This document shows positions 62,700 through 64,000 of a DNA stretch of 64,000 bases, piece by piece. The position numbers and the translations under genes are program-made. How positions within the stretch are numbered: the first letter of the stretch is position 1; every line of letters starts with the position of its first letter. The notes under the pieces are model-generated. The model made no database searches. It had not been told where the DNA came from and worked only from the letters and a program-made list of their open reading frames with translations. Location: positions 681,504-745,503 of the forward strand of contig CAVURB010000003.1 of assembly GCA_963743815.1 (NCBI GenBank), read 5' to 3'. The stretch is from an uncultured Chloroflexia bacterium. GTDB lineage: Bacteria > Chloroflexota > Limnocylindria > Limnocylindrales > CSP1-4.

Positions 62700-63385
62700 G
62701 CCACGACGGCCGGCGGCACGCGATCCTGGCCATCGATACCGCCACGACCCGCGCCGTGATCGCGACCGGCTCACCCGACGGGATCGCGGACGGGGTCTCC
62801 ACGTGGGAGGCCGGGTACCGTCACGGGGAGACGCTGCTGCCCGCGATCGGCGCGTTCCTGCACGAGCGGAACATCCGTCGGTCGCGACTGACCGGGATCG
62901 TCGTCGGGACGGGACCGGGCGCCTTCACCGGGTCTGCGCGTCGGCATCGCTACCGCGAAGGGACTCGCGCACGGACTCGGGATCCCGCTCGTCGGCGTGT
63001 CCACCGCCGAGGCGCTGCCTGGCGGCGAGCGGGATCGAGCATGCGGTCCTGCTGCTGCCCGGCCGGCCCGTCGGACCGCGTCGTCGTCCGTCCGGGCGCA
63101 GCCGCCAAGCCTGCTGCCGGGCGGCACGGAGCCCGACCTCCGCCCGGGCGAGGTCCGTCGTGGCCGTGGACCTGGCGGGCGCGCGCCCGACGACGCGGTC
63201 GCACGTGGCGAAGCCGCGCGCGATCGGGCTGGGTGCCGCGCTCCTGCTGGCGGGCGCCGGCGCCCCTCCGCGACGCGGCCGGGACGAGTGGTGCGCTCGC
63301 GACGGTCGTCCCCGAGTACGTCACCCTGCCCCGCGGCGCCCGCGCCGCCACCGGGAGCGTGGCATGGTCGCGCGACCCCCGGTGA
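62696..63385 (+). pseudogene. tsaB: tRNA t6A37 biosynthesis protein TsaB; at least 4 frame breaks between about 62935 and about 63300
   Basis: MSHDGRRHAILAIDTATTRAVIA...IVVGTGPGAFTG, then LRVGIATAKGLAHGLGIPLVGVSTAEAL, then GIEHAVLLLP, then AGPSDRVVVRPGAAAK ... ATVVPEYVTLPRGAR, spread over all three frames. Confidence 0.82.
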
Positions 63386-63922
63386 GGGTGGTCATCGAGC
63401 CGATGCGGCTCGAGGACCTCCCCGTCGTCCACCTCATCGAGAAGGCGAGCTTCACCTCGCCGTGGCCCGAGCACGCGTACCAGAGCGAGCTCGAGTCGAA
63501 CCGGCTCGCGCACTACCTCGTGGCACGGGCAGGTGACCGGATCATCGGCTACGGCGGGATGTGGCTGATGGTGGATGAGGCCCACATCACCACCTTCGCG
63601 ATCCATCCGGCGTGGCGCCGCCAGCACATCGGCGAGCGGCTGCTGATCGCGTTCCTCGACCTCGCGGTGGATCGCGGCGCGCACGAGGCGACGCTCGAGG
63701 TGCGGCTGTCGAACCTGCCGGCGCGCCGGCTGTACGAGAAGTACGGCTTCCGCCCGGTCGGGTCTCCGACCGCGCTACTACAGCGACGACAACGAGGACG
63801 CGCTCATCATGACGACGGAGCCGCTCGACGACCCGCGCATGCTGGAGCGCGTGGCTCGACTGCGCGTGGCGCTGGATGCCACGCCGGCGCCGACCGGACC
63901 CGGGGACGAGGACGGCGCATGA
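63382..63922 (+). pseudogene. rimI: Ribosomal-protein-alanine N-acetyltransferase RimI (GNAT); one frame break at about 63762
   Basis: ...LEDLPVVHLIEKASFTSPWPEHAYQSEL...ITTFAIHPAWRRQHIGERLL...LEVRLSNLPARRLYEKYGFRPVG, then LRPRYYSDDNEDALIMTTE.... The GTG overlaps the tsaB TGA. Confidence 0.85.
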
Positions 63923-64000
63923 GCGGCCCGCTCGTGCTGGCCATCGAATCGTCGTGCGACGAGACCGGGATCGCCCTCGTGGAGGGCGGACGCCGGATCG
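63919..64000 (+). CDS. tsaD: tRNA N6-adenosine threonylcarbamoyltransferase TsaD (5' end only; continues beyond the window)
   Basis: MSGPLVLAIESSCDETGIALVEGGRRI. The ATG overlaps the rimI TGA. Confidence 0.88.
   Translation, partial: MSGPLVLAIESSCDETGIALVEGGRRI

Overview
High-GC (roughly two-thirds or more G+C by eye, not computed) bacterial chromosomal segment that is almost entirely core housekeeping. One minus-strand gene sits at the left edge (an Fpg/Nei glycosylase, truncated by the window). About 80 co-directional plus-strand genes follow: rpsA, clpC, radA, a PIN/TRAM (YacL-like) gene, fused ispDF, cysS, rlmB, tRNA-Thr/Tyr/Thr, tuf, rpmG, tRNA-Trp, secE, nusG, rplKAJL, rpoBC, rpsLG, fusA, a second tuf, the complete S10/spc/alpha ribosomal-protein clusters (with secY, two tandem adk genes, map, infA, rpmJ, rpoA), truA, rplM, rpsI, a DUF1905-like gene, argF, a TPR-like gene, cdaA-cdaR-glmM-glmS, acpS, nnrD, a macro-domain gene, three uncharacterised genes, and tsaE-tsaB-rimI-tsaD (truncated). 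I found no CRISPR array, no mobile element and no obvious defence or biosynthetic island. Gene order closely mirrors the origin-proximal region of Bacillus subtilis. Lineage markers (a roughly 1500-aa beta-prime with a large N-terminal insertion, an S12 insertion, a Thermus-like zinc-ribbon L24, two tuf copies) suggest a high-GC Terrabacteria-type lineage (Chloroflexota, Deinococcus-Thermus or Actinomycetota-like); I cannot assign it further. Main observations: (1) about 27 reading-frame breaks in conserved, often essential genes, tightly clustered in four sub-regions while a 36-kb central block is clean, and mostly short-homopolymer +/-1 events, so more likely consensus error than gene decay; (2) an apparently identical 1,210-bp tuf duplication with sharp boundaries; (3) tandem adk paralogs; (4) low-complexity extensions on many translation and transcription proteins (S1, S17, L15, RpoC, RlmB); (5) a translationally coupled operon of macro-domain, small acidic, MutL-like ASKHA and unknown proteins upstream of the t6A genes, which is the best candidate here for an uncharacterised module. 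All calls come from reading the ORF translations and the sequence by eye; no database searches were run.
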